The position numbers and the translations under genes are program-made. A stretch of 64,000 bases of DNA, taken from assembly GCF_001447785.1 (NCBI RefSeq), contig NW_015160915.1, positions 181,960 to 245,959 on the forward strand, written 5' to 3'. The DNA is from Gekko japonicus (taxonomy: Eukaryota). Numbering within the stretch: the first letter of the stretch is position 1; every line of letters starts with the position of its first letter. A model generated the notes under the pieces. That model made no database searches, was not told where the DNA came from, and saw only the letters and a list, made by a program, of their open reading frames with translations. Of this stretch, positions 11,601-23,600 are shown in pieces.

Positions 11601-14600
11601 AGGCTCTCAGGGACTTGAGTGACCCCTCCACACACACAGAGAGAGAAAAGACCATGCCGGGCAGGAAACGGAGCCAAGTGCATCATTTCAATGAAGTCTT
11701 ACCCTGAAAGTATAGTTTTTTGATGCTTATGTAAAGCAAACCTCAAAAACCAACCAAACAAAAAACAGACAGGAACTAACCCAGAAGGTTTTCTCATTAT
11801 TTTTCTTCAGGATAAGATCTTCGATTGCCTGGAGACTCTGAGGACTGAGAGGGAGGAAATTCTGGAATATATACAAGACGTTGAAGATGAAAGCCAAGAA
11901 TTGCTGGTAAGTGTCCCAGTTGCTGGAAGTCAACCAGAACTGGGACTAATATCAGGGAAAACAATATACCAAATGCAGGAAGAGTCCAAAACTGCAAGGT
12001 AGTCCCAGTCCTCAGAATGAATATCTGTCATTGGGAATGGCCTGGTCTGTCACCGAAAATAAGAATCAAGAACCAAAAGAAGAAGAAGAAGAGATTGGAT
12101 TTATACCCCGCCCTTCACTTGGAGTCTCAGAGCGGCTTACAAACACCTCTCCCTTCCCCTCCCCACAACAGACACCCTGTGAGGTGGGTGGGGCTGAGAG
12201 AGCTCTGGCAGAAACTGCTCTTTTTTCAAGGACAGCTGTGCCAGAGCTTGTGACTGACCCAAGGTCACATCAGCAGGTGCAAGTGGAGGAGTGGGGAATC
12301 AAACCCGGTTCTCCCAGATTAGAGTCCGCACACTTAACCACTACACCAAACTGGCAAAAGGGGTGACAAGAAAGTCTAATGAAGGGCCAGTATTAAAAAC
12401 CTAGTTAAAACTTGTGGACCAGAAAGAGGAAGGTTAAACAGCAAGATCTAAACATCTTTGTCATGTGTCTTTAGTTCTTGCTGCTTAACCTTCCTCTTCC
12501 TGGTCCAATATTCACTTATTGGTTATCTTATTGCAATATGTGTTTAAGTTACGTGTACCTTAATATTGTTTGACCTCTGAAGAAGGCCCCAATAGGGCAG
12601 AAACGCATCTGGTCATGTGCATTGGCCCTTGTGTTTAGGCTATACTTTTTAACGAGGCTTTCATTGGGCCCTTATGTATGTTTTTAACGGTCTTTCTAAT
12701 AAATACGTGTATTTCTGTATATTATAAGTTTTAACTAGGTTTTTAATATTGGCCCCTTCGTTAGACTTTCTTCTCACCCTTTTGGTTCTTGATTCCAGTT
12801 TTTGGGTCAGGTTTGTTTTCCCCTCCCTGTGTCTTACTGTCACAGAAAATAGTCATCAAAAGTCATTCTAAGGCCCAAACTGCATATGTTGTATCCCTTT
12901 TTTCCTGCAGATTTTTTTGTTTTACGATAGCCACAGAAGCTGCAGTCTGGATCAGAAGATGGAGGAGCAGGGCCTTTTAAAGCATTTATCACCTCACTTC
13001 TTTGCAAAAAAAACTATGCCCCCCTTGGGATTTCCATGATATACACAAAAAATGCAGAGGGGCAGTTCTTACCCTTTCTAATTGGTTGATAAATGTTCAA
13101 AAAATGTTACAATAGTTTTTACTGCTACATAATAAGCCTTTGATGCAACTTGATCCTTATCTCTTGTTGTTGCTTGTTTAATGCTTTTGATGTTCATTGT
13201 TGTTAATGATGCTTTAAAAACAAATAAAAATATATTTTTTTAAAAAGGAAAACCTGAGAGAAAGTAGGATTCAACTTACACCAGTGTTTGCTGCATTTTG
13301 CACAGGTGAAGTGATCCTGTGGAAAAACTACAGATAACTGAATACCATGTTGGGCTCTGGAACAGGCCTCCGGAAGGCTTGCATGTGTGTATTCATTCAT
13401 TTAGAAATGTATATCCAAGTATTCTTTGGAGACCATAGAGTTTTGCCCAAATGCCAGCCCTCTCCCTCTGTCTTCACCTTTGGCACACATGGAGTGATGT
13501 CAACATGCCATTTCCCCCCCCCCCCATCAGCCAGCTGAGCGATGGTGGGAAGAGTCCCCACCTCCAACGGGGACCAGTCCAGTGTCCTTTCTAACTGATT
13601 TGCTCCTCCGAGAACAAATTACATTACTGACATTGGTTGGTGCTCCCTTCCTCCAGAGAAGAACAGAATCAGAGCGGCAAACGAGAGTGGCTGAGTTCAG
13701 AACACTACACCAGTTGCTGAATAAACACGAAAAAGATCTGCTGGCCCAGATCGAAGAGACAGAGAAGGACATTGCAAGGAAAAGGGACGAACACCTGGCC
13801 AAACTCTCTGAGGAACTCTCCTCTCTCGAAAGCCTCATCCGGGAGATGGAGGAGAAGCATCAGCAGGCGGGGAATGAACTCCTGCAGGTAAGACGCTAGT
13901 AGAAGATGTTCAAGGCCATCCTCAACTGGAGACGGTTTGCAAACCTTTTCTAATAAAAACTGGGCCACATTCTATAAAGACATATCCCCAGTCCTTGAGT
14001 GAAGTGTGGTAGCCCTGAAGAGATTTCTGTAGCCTTCGCCTACCTGGCAAAGATCCTCCGCTTCCCTGCCTGTCATTTGCTCTGGCAATGGAGTCTCCAC
14101 ATGGGAGTTCTGTGTGCAGTTTCCTCCATCAGCTGACATTCCCACTGTAATCTCCTTACACACCTGTGCCACTGGAGGGCTCTTCTGCATTTGATAGCTG
14201 CTGTCTCCCTGTAGCACAATCCCATAACAGTCTATTTCCACAATCTGCTAGTTCCTCTCACTACCCAGCTGTCATTTCTTAAAAGAAGTGGCTGGCGCTT
14301 TTTGTTGCATAGCTGTTCCCCTTATATCTCTGCAATGAAAAGGGCTAGAGACCTTTTGCTAAAAATGAAAGGTATAACAGGATGGCAAATAGCAGCTGAA
14401 AAATAGTTCCTTGGTGCCACAGCAGGGAAAACAGCAGCCTTGATGGGCTGGCAGATGGAAAATGGTACTAATGTGAGGGGAACCTCGAAAATGTGTGCTT
14501 TCCCATCCAGATGGTGTACATAACATGATTGGACTGTATTGTTTGAGAAGAAATGTAGTGAGCACATAAAAAGGCTGAAAAGGGGACACTTGGAGGATGA

Positions 14601-17600
14601 GGAAGCGTGAATGTTCCAAATAAAAAGGATATTATAGCTTTGGAAAAAGTGCAGAAAAGGGCAACTCGAATGATAAAAGGGTTGGAACACTTTTCCTATG
14701 AGGAAAGGTTAAGGCGCTTAGGGCTCTTTAGCTTGGAGAAACGACGACTGAGGGGTGACATGATTGAGGTTCATAAGATTATGCATGGGAAAGAGCAGGT
14801 AGAGAAAGAGGTACTTTTCTCCCTTTCTCACAATACAAGAACTCGTGGGCACTCCATGAAACTGCTGAGCGGTCAGGTTAGAACGGATAAAAGGAAGTAC
14901 TTCTTCACCCAAAGAGTGATTAACACTTGGAATTCACTGCCACAGGAAGTGGTGGCGGCTACAAGCATGGACGGCTTCGAAAGGGAATTAGATAAGCATA
15001 TGGAGCAGAGGTCCATCAGTGGCTATTAGCCACAAGGTATAAATAGGGGCTCTGGGGCAAGTGATGCTCTGTCTCCTTGGTGCTTGGGGGGGGGGGTCAA
15101 CAGTGGGAGGGCTTCTAATGACCTGCCTCACTGGTGGACCTCCTGATGGCACTGGTATTTCTGGCCACTGTGTGACACAGAGTGTTGGACTGGATGGGCC
15201 TTTGGCCTGATCCAACATTGGCGTCTCTTATGTTCTTATGAGCCCACTGCAGAGAGAAAACTTCCATGTGCTGGTGTGGTCCGGGGCAGCCATTGAATTT
15301 CTTTCTCTTTCTTCCTTCCAGGATGTCAGAAGCACCTTGCAGAGGTAAGTGGATCCCATTCATTTCCCTTCCCGTTATCGAAGCCTGTGGATAACATACG
15401 GTCCCAAGCCTCGTGTCAACATGGCAAACAGAATGAGCTCTTGGGGGCGGGGTGGAGTCTGGACAGGGGGAGCATGGCTGATGGTGTGATGTCTGCAGGG
15501 AGAAGACTCCTCTGAGGAGGAGGCAGCCAGTGGACCTGACCCCAACCCACAGATAGTGGCAGAGGCGCTGCAGGAGGAGGAGGCGGTCTCTGAGGGGCCA
15601 GGCATAGATATGCATGCCTGTGGGCACCTCTGGAATTCTGGCCCAGCCAAAAAGTAGCTGCCAATGAATGCTGCCGCAGGAGGCAGTAGGGTTGCCGGGT
15701 CCTATTTCCTCCCTGGCGGGGGGATTTGGGGGCATGCCGGGAGGGGGGGGCCATCCCCAACATGATGACATCACGCAGAGTGATGTCATCACGTCAGGGA
15801 TGCAACACCGTGTGCGCATGCTTCCCCTTTCCCTCAGCCATTTAAAGGGGGCAGCCCAAAAATTAGGGGATCCCCCCACCCGGGGCCTGGAATCTCCAGG
15901 AGGCAGAGCCAGCCACAAAATGGCTGCCGCAGGTTCCCTTCAGTCACGTAGTCAAAGCCCCGTTTTTTCAATCCTGCACAGCCATTCCAGTCTCAGGTGG
16001 CCAATCAGAAGCTTTGCCGGGCAACAGCCCCACCTGGCCCTGCCCACTTTCTTAAAACATTTTGTGGACCCCAAGAAAGGTGTTGGCAGACAGGGTGCCT
16101 GCGTTGGTCTAGGCTCCACTATACTGAAGGCGGGCACAGAATGTAAGCCTTACATGACAAACACGTGTCACTCCTGACTCTTCCTCTGATTATTCTGGGG
16201 GAGGAGTTTATTGGTCAAGTCAAACTTCGATAGAAAGCTTGAATGAGCCCCTCCCCCCAACTTTCTGAGTGATCGGAGGCCTCACAGCTTCTGAGGGACC
16301 CTTTGGAATAGGGGCAGAAAGGAGCAAGCCTTGAGAATCTGTGCTGTTCTGAGGGAAAGAACTGTCTCCAAGGATAGAAACACCAAAAGTCCTGTACATT
16401 TTAGGGAGCAGGAAACTGTCCTGTTCTTTTGATTTTTGTACTCTGTAGTTTCACCTCCTAAATATTTTTACTAGGTTATTTGTACATGTGTAGAAAAGAC
16501 GTTTTTAGTCAGATGTTCACTGGCCTTAAGACACATTCTGAGTGTTTATTGTGTCATTCTGGGCACTCACTTCAAGTTCACTCTACCAAATGGAAGGTGG
16601 ATGAGAGGTGAAATCCTTCCCCCCATCTAGATTGGGTCAAGAGCAGTGTTCCCTCTAAGCTGAGTTAGTGTGAGCTAGTTCACAGTTCCTTAGCCTCTGA
16701 CTCACACATTTTTGTCGTAGCTCAGGAAAGAAGGCTCCAGAACAAACTAATTCATGCAGCAGCCAAATCGCTTGCTCACAACTTTAATGCCAGTAGCTCA
16801 CAAAGTAGAATTTTTGCTCACAAGACTCCCCAGCTTAGAGGGAACGTTAGTCAAGAGGGGAAATCTTGGCTGACTTAGAACAGCCCGTTACAGGGCAGCT
16901 TTAAGCAGAGTTGCCTTCTTCTCAGCCCCTCGACTTCCACGTCCTTAGGTTTCACTCTGCTTTCGGACTGCACAAGTAATTCACTGAACAGGGCCAATTA
17001 AAGTGGTAGGGTTGGGGACCAAGAGGCCAAGAAGTCCATAAAAATATCAGATGCTGTCAAAAGTCTGCCTGCGGTGGGGAGGGCGGGATAAAAATTGAAT
17101 AAATAAATAAAAGTCCCTGTCCCAACCCCAGGTAAGGACTTTTGGGGGGTGCATCAAAACAAAGCTACAAAATACCAGAGAGAGACTAATTCTCACCCTA
17201 GTCTTGGTGGGTGCCACCAGTCCTTTCTGAATCTATCCCAACAGCCCAGGAGCGAAAGGACAAGTCTCCCGGCTTCTCAGGGAATTAACAAGAAAAGTCA
17301 GCCCTGCAGAGTGGGACTGCAGTCTGAGTTTCCAGACACAAAACAGATATCCGATAGGTGGTCAACAGTCAAGGCTCTGGATAAAGGCTTTGAGGTCAGT
17401 GAAGGCAAAACCAACAACAGAATAAAAATATACTTATTTATTTAAGGCGCAAAAATATTTAAAACGAGACTAGACAGTGAAGGAAATAAAACAAATGAAC
17501 CTAAGCTTTTCCAGCATAGCTAATACATAGAATCAGGGTTCCAGTTACCATTTCAGGTTTATCAAAGGCAGTCAGTTCCAGCAAGATGAGATGGTCAGGG

Positions 17601-20600
17601 CTTTAGCCCTTCCAAGCAGCAATTAGGTGGGATGCCAAGTCTGGAGCTGTAGGACCACTGACATATTGCTGTGCCAAGTAGTCACCAACTCCTAGCTCCA
17701 AGCCATAGTGCAAACACTAACTAGATTTATGGGAAAGGTCTCTGATTGACCCTAGGCCTTTGGACCAATCAGATACCCGAGATGTGATGTCACTCTCTTT
17801 GGTTGCTAGGCACATGACGTCCAAGGATGCACAAGAGGGAGAGAGAGAGAAACGAAACTGTGCTGCAGATAGGTCACACCCCTTCCCACACAGGTGCCCA
17901 TCAATGTTCCCTCTAAGCTGTGTGGTCTTGTGAGCAAAAATTCTACTTTGTGAGCTACTGGCACTAAAGTTGTGAGCAAGCGACTTGGCTGCTGCATAAT
18001 TTAGTTGGCTCTGGAGCCATCCTTCCTGAGATAAGACAAAAACGTGTGAGCTGGAGGCTAAAAAACTGTGAGCTAGCTCACACTAACTCAGCTTAGAGGG
18101 AACACTGGTGCCCATGTCTTCAGTTACTTGGAATGTGCTAATTGGGAGGACCAAGGGCAGCTGGTACTCCCCAGCACCTCAGTTTAATTAGCAAGGCCAC
18201 TGTGCTCTGCTATCTCTGTCTCTGGGAAGATTCCTGTAGGCCTCTCTGCAGCCTGAACCAAAGATTTTAGTTTACTAAGCAAAGCAAGGAAGCACTTTTC
18301 TTTACAGATGCGTACGTTCTGAGAAATTCAAAACAAAAAGGAAACCACAACAACATCAGATCAGGGTTTCTGCACATGTTCTCAAGCGGCAGCCACTGAA
18401 GTGAAGCCACAGGCAATTGTGTCCCATGATGTTCCTTCTTTCATCACTGGGGGTCACGTGAGGAGGAGACACCAGGGGATGTCCGGAGGGCCTGCTCAGT
18501 CGTGGCACCAAACTTATTGAATCTCCTTCCCATGTACATCCATCTGTCCCCCTCCCTTATGATCTTGCACCTGCCTGTGAAGAACTTGTTTGGCCTTCCC
18601 TCACTGGAGCCTCCTTCCTTTCCCGTGTTTATAGCTTTTCTTTAGCCATTTTGCATTTTAAAACTTGTTGTGATGTTTTTGATTGACTGCTGCCACAGGG
18701 ACTCTTAACTTGGAAGGAAGGGCAACATAAAAACGACATAAACAATGAAATAATAAAACATATTCCTGATAATGCCTCGTTTGATGCATGCAGTGAGGCA
18801 GCCTGGCCTACCCAAAGTGCCTTCTGCATTTCTTCTCCTGCCTGTGGCTTAGCTACACTTTTAGCCGCTCGTTGCCTTGGTTCTGCATATTTTTTCCATT
18901 TTGTTCTTTTCCTATTCTGAGGAAGGCTGGTTTGGGTGAATGATCCATTAACTCTGTTTCTCTTTAGGTTTGAGAAGAAGGAGACATTTGAGAATCCAGA
19001 GGCTTTCCCAATTGAGCTGACATGTCCGGTCCGCTACAGACGTCATAAACGCTTTCTGGAGCTGGCCATGTTACGATTCAGAGGTCAGAGTGGAATGGTT
19101 GCAGGGATTTCATAGAGGACATTTACATCAGTCAGAAATGCAAATGGCAGATTGTGGGTCACTCAAGAATGCCAGTTGAGAAGGCAATTCTAGTTCATAT
19201 TCTCAAGAGTATTCTTGGCATCTTAGCTCAGAAACAAAATTCCTAGACTGTTTAAAAGTTTCCTTCATTTTTTAATCTCCATACCGTCGGTGCCACAGTA
19301 TTTAGGAGGGAGGCTGGGAAAGAAGAAACCTTCAAAAGGAGAGGAGGGAACTGGATTTAGTGAGGCTGACGAAAGGTTTTAAATGACCAAATACGCATTT
19401 GCCCTGCTTTTTAATTGCAATTTAGAAGTTACAATGTAAACTAGTGCCCACTTTTTGCACTTACGCAGTTGGTGGTATTCATTAATCCAGGCATTTGAGT
19501 TCCATGGCCCCACTGCTGGACCTCCTGATGGCACCTGGTATTTTTGGCCACTGTGTGACGGAGTGTTGGACTGGATGGGCCATTGGCCTGATCCAACATT
19601 GCCTTCTTTTATGTTAAGATCAGTGTATGAGCCAGGGGCAGGGTTTCTCTCATGTAAATGAGAAAAAGCTAATCTTGGGTGGGTTGTGCATTTTTATGGA
19701 CTTCCATAGAGGAAGTTCGTAATTACTGGACCAAAATCAAGGTGCTGGTGGTAGAACTAGTTTTCTGAATGTGCTTATGGGGTCCTTTCTCCTGTGTGCT
19801 ACTTTTGCTGTAGGACTGTAGATAAATGGATCTGTCCAAATCCTCACTCTGGCTTGTGTGACGAATTCCTGTGGCTTGAATGTTGTCAGGATTCGGGATT
19901 TTCACCTTGTAGCATCCGCACCCTGTTCAGTGAATTCCAAAACATCCTTTGCCTTCAATAGCGTTGGACTGCATTTTAAAAACTCAGACTTGAACTACAA
20001 AGCCTTGGCACAAAATTGTGCTGAAGCTAAGCATTAGCTTTCCCGATCAGGTATTATGTGCCTTTTGCTTTCTAAATGCTACAGAACCTGTAATTGGGAA
20101 TGTCAAAAATTACTTTAGGATAAGACAAATGTAGGTATTTGCAAGCACAGATGGAAGGAGGATCCCCACTCCCCCGGATTTGTTCCTGCATGATACTTTT
20201 GGGAATTGCTGTTCTTGTTGCAAGATACTCTTATAAATACAATGGTTTGATGTTTATTCTCTGTTCCTTTTGCTTCTCCAGACATTCTGCGTTGGGCGTT
20301 TCCAGAGCGAAGAGGTAAATCTTGAAGCCTGAGACAGAACAAAATTAACAACAAGGAGAGGGACCTGACAGGAGGTTTTCTAGTCATGTTTCCTTGACTT
20401 TCAAGAGTTCCATCCTATGAACGTGAGAATCATAAATGGGTTAGTTATGGAAAGTGGGAAAGAGGAATGGGGAAATAGTAAGTGATTCTGAGTGTGAGTC
20501 TTTTAACCTGAGAACATCATAAGCCCTCCTGGATCAGTCCCAGGCCCATCTAGTCCACAATCCTGCTTCCATCAATGGACACTGAGCTGTGGAGGGCGCA

Positions 20601-23600
20601 ACAGGCTGGGCAGTGTCATGCACTCATGGCCCTGCTTTGGAGGAGACTCCAGTTCAGAGGGGTAGTTTGACTGTCCCCTTTACTCAGGAGTTTCTTGGAC
20701 ACAATTTCTCCTTTGGGAACAGGCTCTCTTCCCACTTCTCTCTCTGTCACCCATCCCAGGCTACTTAGGACAGAGGCTCTTAAAGAGTGGCTCAGGGACC
20801 AGACCCGCCCACATATTTCAGACTCTGCCCTTTCCCCATGGCTGTGCCACAGCAAAGGAGAATTCCCTTCCCTCTGATTGGATCTATAGAGTTTCTCCTC
20901 CACCTTCTGCTGAAGCCCTTGGAGCCTGGCCATGTCTGTGCTATGGGCCTTCAGGTCAGGCACTGTTGGGTGGGCTTCTGTAGGAAACCCTCGGTCCCTG
21001 CCTGCAATTCCCCTGGGTAGGGCTTCGTCTATTCTCTCTCGTGACCTCTTCCAGTGTTTGCCCAGTCAAAGATGCTTGTGGAAATCTCACCAACGGGGCA
21101 TGGAAACAACAGCCCTCCACTCATTTTAGTCCCAGCACCTGGTGCTGTTGTCTTGCTCAAGGCAAGGCTTCTTTCTAGAGAATTTGGGTGGCCCAAGAAC
21201 ACTCAGCAAGGCACGGCACTAGTGTTAAAGAGATACTTCAATTGCAGAACGTAAACAACATGGTAAAAATCCTCACGTCCCTTCAGTTTGGGAGGCTTCT
21301 TAGCAGCAACAGTTTCCAGCAGGACCAATGAAACCACTTCCCAACTGTGGCTGTTTTCTCTTCCTGTTTCTGTGGTCTGCTTAGGTACAGTCTCCCAGGA
21401 TAAGCCTGCACCTGACATCCCCTGGTAAGGAAGGGAACTGAGTCTGCAGCTACCTGGATACCTTCAGCTCAGATAAAGTTGCCTGACAAGATTCTTTCAA
21501 ATTCTTTTTAGTTCCGTTCCCATACGCTCCTTTCAGTTCCGTATGAATGGGAACAGAACTAAACAGAAACTGAAGGATTCCCCCCCCGACGAAGCTGCAT
21601 GCGAAATGAGTAGGGGTTGTGTAATTATTTCCCTCTGCGCCAGTTTGTTTCTTCATCCTCTTATTTTCATTGTTAGGCAACAAATTACAAAGTTGTACTG
21701 AGGTTATTTTGATAGATATAGGTGGGTAGCTGTGATGGGTCTGGAGCAGTAAAAGAAAGTGTGACTCCAGTGACCAACCAAGTGGCCAATGAAGACCAAT
21801 AAAGTTTAATATAAGCTTTGGTGTGCGTGCACACGTCTTCTGCTGATACATTGAAAAAAGAAGTCAGTTCTCATTTATGCCCAGAATTAAACCTGGTTGG
21901 TCTTAAAGGTGCGGCTGGACTCAGATGTTGAAGTTATGCTGGTTAGTGAAATAGGTTTGTAGGCTATACATTGTAGTGGTTTGATTGGCTTGTAAGGCTG
22001 TTCAGAGGTATACTGCCTTTGAATATGGAGGTTCCATTTAGCTGTTATAATTAATAGCTACGGCATCTGTTCCTCCTGAATTTGTCTAGCACTCTTTTCA
22101 AGCCAGCTGTACCTGTGAATGCAGCTATATATTTTGAGGCGGTAAATTTTTAAAAAATAATCCTTGTGTGAAAAGGTAATCCCTTTTGTTTGACTTTAAG
22201 ATAACGTCAGTTAGTTTCATTGGGTGACTCTTTATTTCTGTTCTAACACAAGAATAGTATTAATCTATATACTAATAGCAAAGTTAGCCAAATCTGAGGA
22301 TACTTAAATCTGCTGACTGGAGCTGTGAACGGGCAAGACAGATCTTTCTATAAAAGGGACCCAAGTTTTCAGAAAAATGTGAAATCTGTCAAACAAAACA
22401 TTGGGGATTAAAGAACGCAAAAATGATAAAAGGAGCACCTGTAGCAACAGGTTCCCTTTGTGGCCATTGCTAGGCAACCTCAGTATTCCAGGCTGGATTT
22501 CTGTGAGTACAAAGGCAGGGAGAGAGTTGTATCCAGGGATGTTTTGGCCTTTGAGAGAGGATTCGTTGGGGGCAGGGGCTAGGGTTGCCAACACTTCCGG
22601 TTTGGAAATTCCTGGAGATTTTGTGGTGAAGTCTGAGGAGGGCAGGGTCTGGAGAGTGGAGAGGCCTCAGCTTAGTATAATGCCACAGAGTCCACCCTCC
22701 AAAGCAGCCATTTTCTCCAGGGGTTCAGATCTCTGTCTTTGAAATTCAGTTTTAATTCTGGAAGATCTCCAGGTCCTACCTGGAGGCTGGTAAACCAAGG
22801 CCTGGCAGCCACCTCTGGGTGACTTGATACCACCCAACTTGCATGACTCAGCTAAGCATGGCTGCTTGCTGCTGTTCAGGACACAACCAAAATGGGATCA
22901 CGGTGAATAACACTAATAACAAAAACAATCCCACACCATGTATGAATTAGTCAAATACAATAATTTACAAATTGTTCAAAACATAATTCACAAAATTGTG
23001 CAATCAATGCAAGCTAAATAAAAATGTCTGTAAAGTCATTTCCACCCTGTCCAAACAAGAAATAAAAATGTCCCAATATATGAAAAGTCTCTTATAATGA
23101 TGTTGTTCATTTAACACATCTGTAAGTATATCCTGCAAAGCTTAATATGTCTTCCATGACATGATTCTATGGCTGGCCAGTTTTCCATGCCATTTCAGTG
23201 ATTCTTCCTCAAGAATCTATTGTTGTAAAAGATGTTTCTGGCCTTGCTGAATACTTCACTATTCCTATAGAGAACTCTCCCCGTTGCTGAATGCAACATT
23301 CAGTATCTCTATAGAAAACTCTCACGTTGCTAAACGCAGCTTAATAAACGCAGAACCGATTAGTGTCTAATTAGGTACTCCTCTCCTTATCTTGAACACA
23401 TATTATGTTTTGAACAATTTGTAAATTATTATTATATTTGACTAATTCGTACGCGGTGTGGGATTGTTTTTGTTAATTGCTACTATTCAAGAGCAGCCAC
23501 CCTATGAAAGCCAGTGTGGTATAGACGTTAGAGCTTCCGAGTAAGATCTGGAGGACCCAGGTTCAAATCACCATCTTGCTCTGGAAGATCACTGGTTCAG

